DNA from: an uncultured Clostridium sp.
Lineage (GTDB): Bacteria > Bacillota > Clostridia > TANB77 > CAG-508
DNA: 64,000 bases
Assembly: GCA_930982035.1 (NCBI GenBank)
Contig: CAKNJL010000001.1
Span: forward strand, 81,031 to 145,030
Direction: 5' to 3'
Made by a program: the position numbers and the translations under genes. Positions 1-9,920 of this stretch are shown here, one piece after another; positions within the stretch are counted from its first letter, which is position 1, and every line of letters starts with the position of its first letter. The notes below the pieces were generated by a model. That model was not told the origin of the DNA, made no database searches, and worked only from the letters and a program-made list of their open reading frames with translations.

Positions 1-226
1 CAAGCATTTTCTAGACCATTTTTCGTAATTGCATTCTCTATAATTTTATTATTTCTATTTTTATTATATTCTTCACTAAATTTACTTATTTGTTCTATAC
101 TAATTTGTTTATCCATAACTTTTTCCTTCTTCCCTATTATTTTTAGTACAATTATGTGACTTATTCTTTTTTTATATTCAATAATTCATCATCCATTACA
201 AAAAAACTCATTTTAAGCAACTATAT

Positions 227-796
227 TTATAATAATTCTTTCTTTACATCTAACCAATTATTTACTCTTATTACTCCTTTTTCTTCAAGTTCTTCATCAG
301 TTAATTTTTTATTTCTAAACTCTGTAAATAATAACTTCTTATCACAATTTTCTAAATTAGATAGTCTATCATCAATTCCTATATCATATCTTATTTTTGT
401 TTTATCTGTCATAAATATAAAATTATTTGTATCAATAAAAGGCAACCAATAATGTAAATATTCAAACTTATTCTTCAGGTTAGTAGATGCATCAATTACA
501 TCTTCTTTCCAAATATAAGCCGTCGCAATATAAACATCATATTTTTTATTTAACTCTTGCATTACTTCAACACAATTAGGTAATGGCTCAATATAATCTC
601 CATTATCATTTCTATATAGATTTTTATATTTATATATTTTTTTAAATTCATCTTCTCTTCCTTTTATTAAATCTTGCCTATATTGACTATGTAATTTATT
701 AAAATCTACTTTTCCTAAGAATTCTACTAGGAACTCCGAAAATCTTCCTATTACAATAACTTCATCCATATCAATCATAATAGATTTTTTATACAT
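227..796 (-). CDS. 5'(3')-deoxyribonucleotidase-like HAD hydrolase (NT5C family)
   Basis: IMIDMDEV N-terminal motif and IDD motif near C-terminus; RBS GGAGG precedes ATG at 796 (ORF track extends to 838). Confidence 0.8.
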   Translation of the reverse strand: MYKKSIMIDMDEVIVIGRFSEFLVEFLGKVDFNKLHSQYRQDLIKGREDEFKKIYKYKNLYRNDNGDYIEPLPNCVEVMQELNKKYDVYIATAYIWKEDVIDASTNLKNKFEYLHYWLPFIDTNNFIFMTDKTKIRYDIGIDDRLSNLENCDKKLLFTEFRNKKLTDEELEEKGVIRVNNWLDVKKELL

Positions 797-815
797 TTTT
801 AGTTTCCTCCACTTT

Positions 816-1226
816 TCACATTTTACATTCCTCTTCATAATTCCAAATACTTAGATGTCCTTTGGCTTTTATTGGATTGTCTAGCACTTGAATATTTTCT
901 AAAATTCAAGCATATCTTCCTTCTTCATATATTCCACAAATATATTCTTGATGATTATTAATTTTCATATTTTCTACATATTCTTTAGTCATATAAATAC
1001 AATCTACTAAATTACATTTACAAATAATATTCCCAAAATTTAATGAACTCTCTTTCACTAAATTCATAAGTTCTTTATTATCTTTCCATTTCTTTGGTAT
1101 ACATGTCTTACTTGCATGTATATATAATTCACCTCTATATGATGTTTTCCAACTTCTTGTTTCTATTTTCTTTTTTCTTTCCTTAATTAATGCTGCATAT
1201 GGTTCTGTTAAACTTAATACTTTCAT
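816..1226 (-). pseudogene. ASCH domain protein with in-frame TGA (906-908) at the conserved Trp of GRYAW
   Basis: LSLTEPYA..KKIETRSWKTSYRGELYIHA; frame continues past the stop as ILENIQVLDNPIKAKGHLSIWNY to 816. Confidence 0.8.
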
Positions 1227-1251
1227 TATCTCTCCACCTTTTTATGTTCTT

Positions 1252-1626
1252 CTAATTATTTTTCATTTCTCTATCTATCCACGACATTATTACATTTATA
1301 ATATAATCCTTCTGCTCCTCGTTCAGTTCTATTCCATTTTGTATTTTATGCCATTTATACAAACAGCCTCTACAACAAGTTGCAGTAGCATGTTGTGCTA
1401 TAAATACAGGATGTCCTCTCATAGGTGTTTGTTTTCCATCATTTGGAATATTCTCTGGTGCTAATCGTTTATTTATGAAATCATATGCGTGTTCTCTGAT
1501 TTTTTCCATTCCTTTTTCCTTTATATAATCTTTATCTTTTTGTTTCAAATGAAATTTACTTCTGAAATTTGATTTTGATAAACTATTTAATATGTTTTCT
1601 ATTCTTATATCCTGCATAAATATCAC
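1252..1626 (-). CDS. DUF4186 family protein
   Basis: FRSKFHL, NDGKQTPMRGHPVFIAQHATATCCRGCL signature. Confidence 0.85.
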   Translation of the reverse strand: MIFMQDIRIENILNSLSKSNFRSKFHLKQKDKDYIKEKGMEKIREHAYDFINKRLAPENIPNDGKQTPMRGHPVFIAQHATATCCRGCLYKWHKIQNGIELNEEQKDYIINVIMSWIDREMKNN

Positions 1627-1730
1627 CTTTAAATTACTTTTCTCTATATTATATATTTTCTTCGATAAATCTCAATATCTTATCCTCTATATCTTCAATT
1701 TTATTATAATAAATAATAGTTTTAACATTA

Positions 1731-2240
1731 TTACAACCTTTTTCTATTTTTATTTTCTTTATCTTCTAATCTATATTTTACATCTAGTATGTTTTCTTTA
1801 TCATCTACTTGTATATTCATTTTTAAATTATATCTATCATCAATCAAACCTTTAATAAAAAATCTATCTAAAATCATTATATTAGATAATATTTTTTCTT
1901 TTTTCAATAATTCATTAATTTCTATCCATTCAGATGTATTTTCTTCAAAGTCTTGTGGTTTTCCTTCACATTCATTACATATAAATACATCAAAATCAAA
2001 TATTCTATTTGGGTATTCAATAGTCATATTTCCCCTATATTTTAAGTTCCTAATTTTTAGTCCTGTTTCCTCTTTCATTTCTCTTATAGCTGTCTGTTCT
2101 GGAGTTTCTCCTTCTTCAATTTTGCCACCTGGTATTTCATAATACCCTGCTTTTTTATTGCTTTCTTTATATTTAGTCACTACTACTTTATTATCCTTTA
2201 TTAAATAGCATCTAACTGCTTTTCTTATTGGCTTATCCAT
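1731..2240 (-). CDS. NUDIX hydrolase
   Basis: PGGKIEEGETPEQTAIREMKEETGL Nudix box. Confidence 0.9.
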   Translation of the reverse strand: MDKPIRKAVRCYLIKDNKVVVTKYKESNKKAGYYEIPGGKIEEGETPEQTAIREMKEETGLKIRNLKYRGNMTIEYPNRIFDFDVFICNECEGKPQDFEENTSEWIEINELLKKEKILSNIMILDRFFIKGLIDDRYNLKMNIQVDDKENILDVKYRLEDKENKNRKRL

Positions 2241-2277
2241 TTAATATTCTCTCCAATCTAATTTGATAAATCTTTTT

Positions 2278-2715
2278 TTAATTTTCCATTTGATAATGTG
2301 TTTCTGTTTCTCCATATACTTTAAAGCCTAATTGTTCATATAACTTTTTAGCAGGGTTGTCTTTAAATACCTGTAAAATTGTTCTAATTCCTTTTTTATG
2401 ATTTTCTTTTAATTGTTCTTCTAGAATCTTTTTTCCTATTCCTTTATTTTGATATTCTTTTAATATACTTATTTCATTTATAAATAAATCTCCATCTTGA
2501 GTTGTATGTACTGCATATATTCCTATTGGCTTATTATCGACTAATATAATTCTTTTATGATTCAAATGTTCTTTTAAATCTTGCTGTAATCTTTCTTTTT
2601 GGTCATCGTCTTTCCAACCCCAAATTTTATCAACATACCATTTAAAATTCTCTTTTTTTAATTCAAATAGAAAATCAAAATCTTCTAATGTACAATTTCT
2701 AAAAGTGTATTTCAT
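2278..2715 (-). CDS. GNAT N-acetyltransferase
   Basis: EYQNKGIGKK acetyl-CoA motif; NPAKKLYEQLGF. Confidence 0.9.
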   Translation of the reverse strand: MKYTFRNCTLEDFDFLFELKKENFKWYVDKIWGWKDDDQKERLQQDLKEHLNHKRIILVDNKPIGIYAVHTTQDGDLFINEISILKEYQNKGIGKKILEEQLKENHKKGIRTILQVFKDNPAKKLYEQLGFKVYGETETHYQMEN

Positions 2716-2735
2716 TATTTACTTTTCCTCTCTTT

Positions 2736-3272
2736 TTATTTTAAATAACTATATTTTTCACTTACAATTCTATATAATTCTTTTGCACCATTGCTTAATT
2801 CATTTTCGTCAACTTCGCCAATTTTATATCTCTCATATCCTAAACATTTATCTGGCTCTGCTATTTTTAATTGACCACTTTCTAGATTTCCTTTATAGAC
2901 AAGATATATCCATGATTGTTCTTTATTATATCTCGTATCATATGTTTTTGCATAAGTAGAAATTATAAAATCTTCTATTTCAATATTTGCATCTGTTCCA
3001 ACTTCTTCTGTGATTTCTCTTTGTAAGGCTGTTCTAAAATCTATATCATTTTTCTTTACTCTTCCTCCTATAGTTTCCAATTTCAATTGTTCATCTCGAC
3101 ACCCTAAACCTCTCCTTTGAAATATTATTTTATTTTCTTTATCAAATGCATATACAATAACTGCAACCTCATATTCTTTTGACACTAAATCATTATCTTT
3201 TATTATTTTCTCTAATTCTTTCATATTTTTTACTTCATTTGAAAATAATACCATTTTAATCCCCCAATACAC
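2736..3272 (-). CDS. NUDIX hydrolase
   Basis: IGGRVKKNDIDFRTALQREITEEVG Nudix box. Confidence 0.85.
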   Translation of the reverse strand: MYWGIKMVLFSNEVKNMKELEKIIKDNDLVSKEYEVAVIVYAFDKENKIIFQRRGLGCRDEQLKLETIGGRVKKNDIDFRTALQREITEEVGTDANIEIEDFIISTYAKTYDTRYNKEQSWIYLVYKGNLESGQLKIAEPDKCLGYERYKIGEVDENELSNGAKELYRIVSEKYSYLK

Positions 3273-3315
3273 CCTATTTATTTATCTTTTAATACAATTT
3301 ATTAAAATTTGTTTA

Positions 3316-3867
3316 TTAAATATAGTTCACTATATCTTCAAAAGTATCATATCCACTTTCACTATTGATATGTCCTGCATTAGGAATAAAAACTTGTTCC
3401 GTTGCAATTTTATCTGCAAAATCTTTTTCAGCTTGATATTTTACATATGGATCATTATCCGAATAAAAACATATTATTTCATTTGCATATTCCTTCACAT
3501 CTTCTAAGTTATCAAAATACATTGATTTATTAACTACATCATATTCTTCATTTATTCCTAAATAATTATTAAATCCACATACAAATATTAATTTTTTAAC
3601 TTTTACTTTATTTTCAACTAAAAATTTTGATATGAATATTGGTGCTATACTATGTCCTATAATTATTGTATTTTCATTTATAAGTTCTAAATCTAAATAA
3701 TATTTTAACAACTTGCTCCAATTTTCATAATTTTGATATCCTACCCCTATTGGAAAGTCTGGCACATATACTTGTTTTCCTTCATCTTCTATAAAATCAT
3801 GTAACCATCCTATCCAATTTGAATATGGACTACTAAATGAGCCATGTATTATAAAATAATTTTCCAT
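3316..3867 (-). CDS. RBBP9/YdeN-family alpha/beta hydrolase
   Basis: IIHG, GHSIAP nucleophile elbow, SDNDPYV, AGHIN. Confidence 0.85.
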   Translation of the reverse strand: MENYFIIHGSFSSPYSNWIGWLHDFIEDEGKQVYVPDFPIGVGYQNYENWSKLLKYYLDLELINENTIIIGHSIAPIFISKFLVENKVKVKKLIFVCGFNNYLGINEEYDVVNKSMYFDNLEDVKEYANEIICFYSDNDPYVKYQAEKDFADKIATEQVFIPNAGHINSESGYDTFEDIVNYI

Positions 3868-3926
3868 ATTTTATATCCTCCTAAAAATTATACCCTTTAA
3901 GTACATTTTCATCTTTATCATAATTA

Positions 3927-4319
3927 TTATTCATATTCTATTGGAAATCCAACATTTTTTAAGGCTACAATACCCTTTTCGCATAATTCTTCTTTTATCA
4001 TAATATAATCTTTTGAAAAAGTAGAAACAATTAATATATTCATACCTTGATTTGCAATTGTTTCTGCAATTTTTGCTAAAAATCCTACTGTTTGAAATGG
4101 TACAGCTGGTTTAAATTCAATTAATTTATAATCTCCAACTACCTCTAACACATTTAATTCTTTTAAATTTTCTTTTTTAGTTACTACCGTTATCTCATCT
4201 TTATCTTTTGATACCATAAAATGAATATCTGGTTTCTCCAAAATATCCGTTTTTACATAAACATATGTATCTTTCATAATCGTTGCTATGCTCTTTGGAA
4301 TAGCTTCTTTAACATCCAT
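3927..4319 (-). CDS. ACT domain-containing protein
   Basis: VGFLAKIAETIANQGMNILIVSTFSKDYIMI, ACT_7-like C-terminus. Confidence 0.75.
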   Translation of the reverse strand: MDVKEAIPKSIATIMKDTYVYVKTDILEKPDIHFMVSKDKDEITVVTKKENLKELNVLEVVGDYKLIEFKPAVPFQTVGFLAKIAETIANQGMNILIVSTFSKDYIMIKEELCEKGIVALKNVGFPIEYE

Positions 4320-4333
4320 AAAAATTCTCCTTT

Positions 4334-4885
4334 CTATTTTACAATACTATAATGTACCTGTACTATGTCCTCTTTTTCTTTAATGATTTTTTCAAGTTTC
4401 AATTTATTTTCAAAATAATTGCCTTCAAATAATGGTATTCCTTTGTTCAGTACATATGGATTATAGTTTAAAATTATATTGTCTACTATACCTTTTTCCA
4501 TAAAAGCATTATTAATAGTTGCTCCTCCAGAGATAAATAATTTTTCATATTTCATTTTTTCACATACTTTTAAACATTCATCTATTGAATTGCAATATGT
4601 AACATTGGGAAATCTATTTGTTTCACTATTCTTACTACTTAAAATAATAATATTTAAATCTTTCAAATCTTTTAAATATTCATCTCCCCAAGATATTATA
4701 TTATCCCAAGTTTTTCTTCCCCATATAAGTACATCATATTCCTTTAATAATTCTATCATTATTTCCCATCCTCTATATGATAGAAAATCTTCGTTACCAT
4801 CTTCTGTCGCTATTAATCCATTTATTGAACAAGCCATTTCAATTGTTACTTTTCCTTTAAAATTCACCTTAATACCAACCTCCAT
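4334..4885 (-). CDS. Dihydrofolate reductase/RibD C-terminal family protein
   Basis: MACSINGLIA, WGRKTW, ISGGATIN, GIPLF. Confidence 0.85.
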   Translation of the reverse strand: MEVGIKVNFKGKVTIEMACSINGLIATEDGNEDFLSYRGWEIMIELLKEYDVLIWGRKTWDNIISWGDEYLKDLKDLNIIILSSKNSETNRFPNVTYCNSIDECLKVCEKMKYEKLFISGGATINNAFMEKGIVDNIILNYNPYVLNKGIPLFEGNYFENKLKLEKIIKEKEDIVQVHYSIVK

Positions 4886-5603
4886 CTACTTTTATTACAG
4901 TAGAATTTACAAAACTTGCGTCTTCACTTGCTAGAAATGTTACTACTTTTGCAATTTCTTCTGGTTCTGCAAATCTTTTTACTAAAATTCTTTCTGTTTC
5001 TTCTTTTACAAAATCTTCTGGAAGTTCTTTATTCATTTCTGTATTTACCCATCCAGGTGCAACACAATTAACTCTTACATACGGTGCAAATTGAACTGCT
5101 GAATCATAGGTTAAACTAATCAATCCAGATTTTGATGCATCGTAATCTACACTTGTTGGATAATATGTATTTATTCCATTCGTACTTGAAATATTTATTA
5201 TTGCACCACTTTTTTGTTTCATCATTTCTTTACCAACTAATTTTGTTAAAACAAATGGGGCTATCAAATTTATGTCTAATGTTTTTTTCCAATCTTCAAC
5301 TGTTCTGTCTTCAAACTCTCTATCCATTACTATTCCTGCATTATTGACTAAAACATCAATCTTTCCAAATTCTTTTATAGTTGTATCTACCATATTTTTA
5401 ATTGCTATTTCGTTTGATATATCGGTTTGAATTGGTAATACTTTTATATTATATTCTTTTTCTAATTCTTGCTTTAAATTTTGAGCCTTTTCATTACTAT
5501 TAACATAGTTAATGATTATATCATAACCTTTTTTAGCGAATTCTCTTGATATCGCTTCTCCTATTCCTCTTGTACCACCTGTTACTAATACATTTTTGTT
5601 CAT
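4869..5603 (-). CDS. FabG-like short-chain dehydrogenase/reductase
   Basis: VTGGTRGIG, NNAG, YDASK, VAPGWVNT. Confidence 0.9.
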   Translation of the reverse strand: MNKNVLVTGGTRGIGEAISREFAKKGYDIIINYVNSNEKAQNLKQELEKEYNIKVLPIQTDISNEIAIKNMVDTTIKEFGKIDVLVNNAGIVMDREFEDRTVEDWKKTLDINLIAPFVLTKLVGKEMMKQKSGAIINISSTNGINTYYPTSVDYDASKSGLISLTYDSAVQFAPYVRVNCVAPGWVNTEMNKELPEDFVKEETERILVKRFAEPEEIAKVVTFLASEDASFVNSTVIKVDGGWY

Positions 5604-5712
5604 ACAGATACCTCCTTAATTTTAATTATTTACTAATTTTGAATTCTTTTTTTCTTCTAAAGTCATCTTTTGTTACTAGATAAAAATATATCTATATTTT
5701 CTTCGTATACTC

Positions 5713-6303
5713 TTAGTCAGAATTCAAAGCATTCAATTCTTCTTCAATCTTTTCCCATGGGTAAACAGAAACTAAATTATAATTAATATTTAATTTTTTA
5801 CATTCATCTTCTGATAATTCTTTCATTTCATTAGTTGTCATTGCCCAAGTTGTAAAACAAACATTGTTAACACTATTTCTATATGTGTAATCTCTTGTTA
5901 GCGATACATAAATAATTTTCACATTGTCTCCAAATTTTTTTCTAATCATATCAACAGCTATATTAGCTGTTTTTCCTGTAACATGATTACCTTCAACAAG
6001 CAATATACACTCATTACTATCTATATTTGTATTTTTAACATAATCTAGTCCTATTTTCTTATCTATATTATGTGTTTCATAATTATATTTTAATTGAATT
6101 GGTAACATATCAATAACATTAAATAAATGAGAAAACATTATTGCAGGAATTCCTCTACCTCGCATGATAGGAACAATATATTTTATTTTAAGATTAGTTT
6201 TAATTAAATAATTGTTTACATCTTTATAAATTTTATTAATAAAATTATCAATTCTGTCCCAAGAAATTAAATCTAAATCTTTTTCAGTATATATGTATTT
6301 CAT
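5713..6303 (-). CDS. Phosphoribosyltransferase-fold protein
   Basis: PIMRG..IPA and LLVEGNHVTGKT PRPP-loop-like motif. Confidence 0.65.
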   Translation of the reverse strand: MKYIYTEKDLDLISWDRIDNFINKIYKDVNNYLIKTNLKIKYIVPIMRGRGIPAIMFSHLFNVIDMLPIQLKYNYETHNIDKKIGLDYVKNTNIDSNECILLVEGNHVTGKTANIAVDMIRKKFGDNVKIIYVSLTRDYTYRNSVNNVCFTTWAMTTNEMKELSEDECKKLNINYNLVSVYPWEKIEEELNALNSD

Positions 6304-6345
6304 TATGTTTCTCCTTCTAATAATATATTTTCTAATATAATCATT

Positions 6346-6771
6346 TTATATTTCGTTTGGAGTCAAAACATCTATTCCATTTTGCTTTAAAAGTTCTGCT
6401 AATATACCATTTCCATCAACTAATTTATTATCAAAATTCCCACTATAAATCTTATTAACTCCACAAGATGGACTTCTTGGCTGAAGTATTGCTTTATTAA
6501 TATTTAAGTTTTTAGCCAAATTTAATACTTCTAATGCCCCTCTTTCAAAATTTTCTGTAAGATCATTACCTTCATTGTCAATTGCACATCTTTTACCATT
6601 AATTACTTTTAATTCAACAGGTTTTCTCGGAGTATTTAATCCTCCTAATTGTTCTGGGCATATTGGTATTGCTTTTCCTTCCTTTACTAAATCAAAAATT
6701 TTTTGATTATAATTATTGCCTCCGCTATATTTACAATTAATTCCTACTAAACAAGCACTTACAAGTATCAT
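6346..6771 (-). CDS. DUF523 family (2-thiouracil desulfurase-like)
   Basis: ILVSACLVG, CPEQLGGL, RSPSCG. Confidence 0.9.
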   Translation of the reverse strand: MILVSACLVGINCKYSGGNNYNQKIFDLVKEGKAIPICPEQLGGLNTPRKPVELKVINGKRCAIDNEGNDLTENFERGALEVLNLAKNLNINKAILQPRSPSCGVNKIYSGNFDNKLVDGNGILAELLKQNGIDVLTPNEI

Positions 6772-7175
6772 TACATTAATCCTCTCTCTATTAAATTTGG
6801 TATAACATATTCTCCTAAAATACTACCTACTTTTATTCCTTTTTCCTTATAATTCTTGTCAATCCATATTGCTTCTTTAATTTCATTTTTGCATTTTATT
6901 GTTCCATTTATTTCAGTCAAATATGTTTGAACATGAATAGGTTCATCTGAAAAACAAGCAATATCATCATAGCCACCTAGAAATTCAGTATTCAATAATT
7001 CTACATCTAATTCTTCATCAAGTTCTCTTTTTAATGTTTCAAAATCTGTTTCATTTCCTTCTCGTTTTCCTCCAGGAATTATGCATTCTTCTCTATTATT
7101 CTTTTTCCTTTGTACAAGAATTTTTTTATCTTTTAAAATTACTCCACCAACTTTATCTATCATATTTTTCTCCAT
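6771..7175 (-). CDS. NUDIX hydrolase
   Basis: PGGKREGNETDFETLKRELDEEL. Confidence 0.9.
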   Translation of the reverse strand: MEKNMIDKVGGVILKDKKILVQRKKNNREECIIPGGKREGNETDFETLKRELDEELDVELLNTEFLGGYDDIACFSDEPIHVQTYLTEINGTIKCKNEIKEAIWIDKNYKEKGIKVGSILGEYVIPNLIERGLM

Positions 7176-7177
7176 CT

Positions 7178-7437
7178 TTAAAGTTCTAATGCAGTTATGT
7201 CTTTTATAGAGTTAAAAACATAACTTTTTATTCCAAATTCATTTCCTGCTTTCACATTTTTTTGGCTATCATCAAAAAATATTGTTTCTTTTTTATTTAA
7301 GTCAAATCTTTTAATTAATGTATCAAAAATCTCTTTGCTTGGTTTTTTTAGATGTTCTTTACAAGAATAAACTCCTCCATCTACCATATTTAATATGTTA
7401 AGTTTATCATTTAAATAGTTGTACGATACATCCGTGA
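7178..7437 (-). pseudogene. HAD phosphatase, C-terminal fragment
   Basis: LTDVSYNYL..VDGGVYSCKEHLKKPS..FFDDS; the N-terminal DxD half is absent. Confidence 0.75.
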
Positions 7438-7672
7438 GGAGATTTATCTACTGTGGCAAATATCAATTTCTTATTTTTCCTCTTGCTACCATGCCTATGA
7501 TTTTAGTTACTACCATGTTTAAATGTTCTTTTTCTAAACAAACGTCATAAATATTCGAAGAAATTTGTTTCAATTCTTTATATGCTTTAGGCTGCATACT
7601 TTCTAAGCAACTTCCTACTATTATCATTGTTTCTTGTATATCAAAACAATTTGTTTTTAATAAATCTTTCAT
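7435..7672 (-). pseudogene. Cys-containing protein fragment, frameshifted and truncated
   Basis: IIVGSCL..DVCLEKEHLNM, then in a shifted frame KKLIFATVDKSPH, abutting the HAD fragment. Confidence 0.55.
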
Positions 7673-7724
7673 ATTATATCTTTCCTTTTACATTCAATTT
7701 TAATTATTCTTACAAAATTATTTA

Positions 7725-8183
7725 CTAATATTCTTTTAAGTTATATTTAACTAATTTGTCTCCATCGTATTCAAATTTTACTGTAAAAAATCTACTATCA
7801 TTTTGTAATTTCTCCACAAAAATTTTGTCACCTTCCCAAGTATTTAACTTTGTAACCTCTTTTTTATCAATCCATTGTAAATCTCCTTCATTGCATTCTA
7901 TTAAATCTCCTGTAAAATCATTTGAAGTAAATACATACATATATTCTGTTTCCCAATTTGTTGATACATAAGTTACAATAGTTCTTAATTTGTATGAATT
8001 TAATTTCAAACCTGTTTCTTCCATTACTTCTCTTACGATGCATTCTTCTGGACTTTCACCTTCTTCGAATTTTCCACCTATTCCTAACCATTTGTCTTTA
8101 TTGATATCATTTTTCTTTTTTGTTCTATGTAACATTAAATATTTATTATCTTTTTCAATATAACATAATGTTGAAAGTATCAT
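7725..8183 (-). CDS. mutT: 8-oxo-dGTP diphosphatase (MutT-like NUDIX)
   Basis: TLCYI..MLHR..KW.GIGGKFEEGESPEECIVREVMEETGL; MYVF; EGDLQW. Confidence 0.8.
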   Translation of the reverse strand: MILSTLCYIEKDNKYLMLHRTKKKNDINKDKWLGIGGKFEEGESPEECIVREVMEETGLKLNSYKLRTIVTYVSTNWETEYMYVFTSNDFTGDLIECNEGDLQWIDKKEVTKLNTWEGDKIFVEKLQNDSRFFTVKFEYDGDKLVKYNLKEY

Positions 8184-8186
8184 ACT

Positions 8187-8933
8187 TTATCTTTCATCTC
8201 CTTTTTCGAGTTCAAATTGTTTTATTATTTCATTAAAAGAAGAAAAACTATAATCTGCTATCCTATTTATTTGATCTCTATCCCCATCTGAATACTTATC
8301 ATACATAACTGCAACTTCAATACTTGCATTTTTTCCTGCTTGAACTCCAATAAGTGAATCTTCTATTATTAAACAATCACTTGGTTTTACACCTAATATT
8401 TTCATTAATTTATTATGTATTTCTGGACTTGGCTTTTTTTCTTTAACATCTTCTTTACTTAAAACAATATCAAATATTGCATCAATATCTGCTTTTTGTT
8501 TTATATTTTGATTTACATTTCTATAAGCATTTAGTTGTATATTTGTAGTAGTTGTTGCTAAAGCAAGTATATATCCTTATTCCTTTAATAAATGTAATAA
8601 TCTATCTGCATTTGGCTTATAGTCTATTTGATTTTTTATGTATTGATCTGAAATATTCCATCTTAAATCTAATATTTCTTTAGCTGACAAACTTGATTTC
8701 AATTTTTTACCTAAAAAGTCACAATATTCTAAATATATATCGTCTGACTTACATTTTGCTAATATTGTATCTCTTACTTGCTGTATATTTGGAACTTGTA
8801 TTTTTTTATTTGCCAGTTTTTCAATTAAAATTTCATCTGTCTTATTCCATATGCCAACCGAGTCAATTAAAGTTCCATCCATATCAAATATTATTACTTT
8901 CTTTCCTTTAAAAATTATAATCATTCCTTTCAA
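8187..8933 (-). pseudogene. HAD phosphatase with in-frame TAA at 8577-8579
   Basis: IFDMDGTLIDS; frame continues after the stop as GYILALATTT..KKPSPE..IEDS. Confidence 0.85.
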
Positions 8934-9108
8934 TTTTTATTATATTAACAATATTTTTTACTTTATTTGCACTAAAGCTTAAAATTAAAATTCCCATATG
9001 TACTCCTATTCAAATTAGTTTGGTAATTGATCTATACTAATGTCATCTCCTGTATTATTCCAATCTATTTTTATATTTTTAAATTCTTCATTTCTGAAAT
9101 CATTCATT

Positions 9109-9295
9109 AGTTCACTTAGTGTATTTATTACTAATTTTTTTAAAATCTCTAGTTCACTTGATGTACTTTTCCTTTTAAATTTTAGCCCGATTCAAGTACA
9201 CTGGGTGAACTAATCCCATATTTTTACAAAATTTAGTACATTTAGTGAACTTTTGCACTCTGATAGGCATTTTTTAGTGGTTCATTTGGTGAATT
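9109..9295. repeat. Five copies of a 17-bp quasi-palindrome AGTWCAY-N3-RTGWACT at 40-44 bp spacing
   Basis: Copies start at 9109, 9151, 9195, 9235, 9279. Confidence 0.75.
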
Positions 9296-9920
9296 TTTAC
9301 ATCAAATCTGCTTAAAATTTTTGTTCTTTTATTAATTCTCGAAGGCTTGCTTTTAATTTCTATTCTATTCTCATTGATCTTCGCATTAATTGCTTTTTCT
9401 TCATCTCCAATATCTAATACTGGGAATCCATTTAATGTACAAAGCATATTGAAAAAATCCTTTTTATTATAATAACCATTATTAAATATATTAGACGAAT
9501 TTCTTTTATCTTGTCCTAAAAAAAACATTTGATAATATAACATTGGATCGACTATAATCTTTTTTTCATCTTTCAATATTACTGGTAATTTAAAAATATT
9601 TTCATTAATGAAACGCTTAAATTCTCTAATACTGGTACATACTCTAAAAATATGATCTACAATTGTAATAATAGTATTTTTCATCCTTAAAAATTTATAT
9701 ATCTTACCTTTTATTAATATCTCTACAAAAAAATAATATTCGTCACTCTTAAATCCGCTTGGAAAAATAGCTTCGTTTCCAATAGCATATAATATCCCTT
9801 GTATTAATAATGTTTTGCCCTTATTATCTCATTACTATATATAATATTAACTTTGTCTGAAAAATTTTTTTCTATAAATGCTTCATTTCTATTTCCAAAT
9901 CCTGCTCTAATTATTTTCAT
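9274..9920 (-). pseudogene. SMC-like ABC ATPase, frameshifted near Walker A and truncated
   Basis: MKIIRAGFGNRNEAFIE..IIYS / DNKGKTLLIQGILYAIGNE..F.GQDKRNSSNIF; shift near 9825; ends in early coiled coil. Confidence 0.75.

Noticed and set aside
906-908. TGA at a conserved Trp suggesting genetic code 4
   Set aside because: Only one case; other Trp positions use TGG, TGA ends normal genes (e.g. murE-like none; 22761, 17781), and similar lesions elsewhere are TAA
7430-7440. Another CGG +1 site at CAC GGA / ACG GAT
   Set aside because: CGG is out of frame in both genes; better explained as a deletion junction
9109-9295. Mini-CRISPR interpretation of the periodic palindromes
   Set aside because: Repeats are only 17 bp, degenerate and switch orientation; no cas genes or leader
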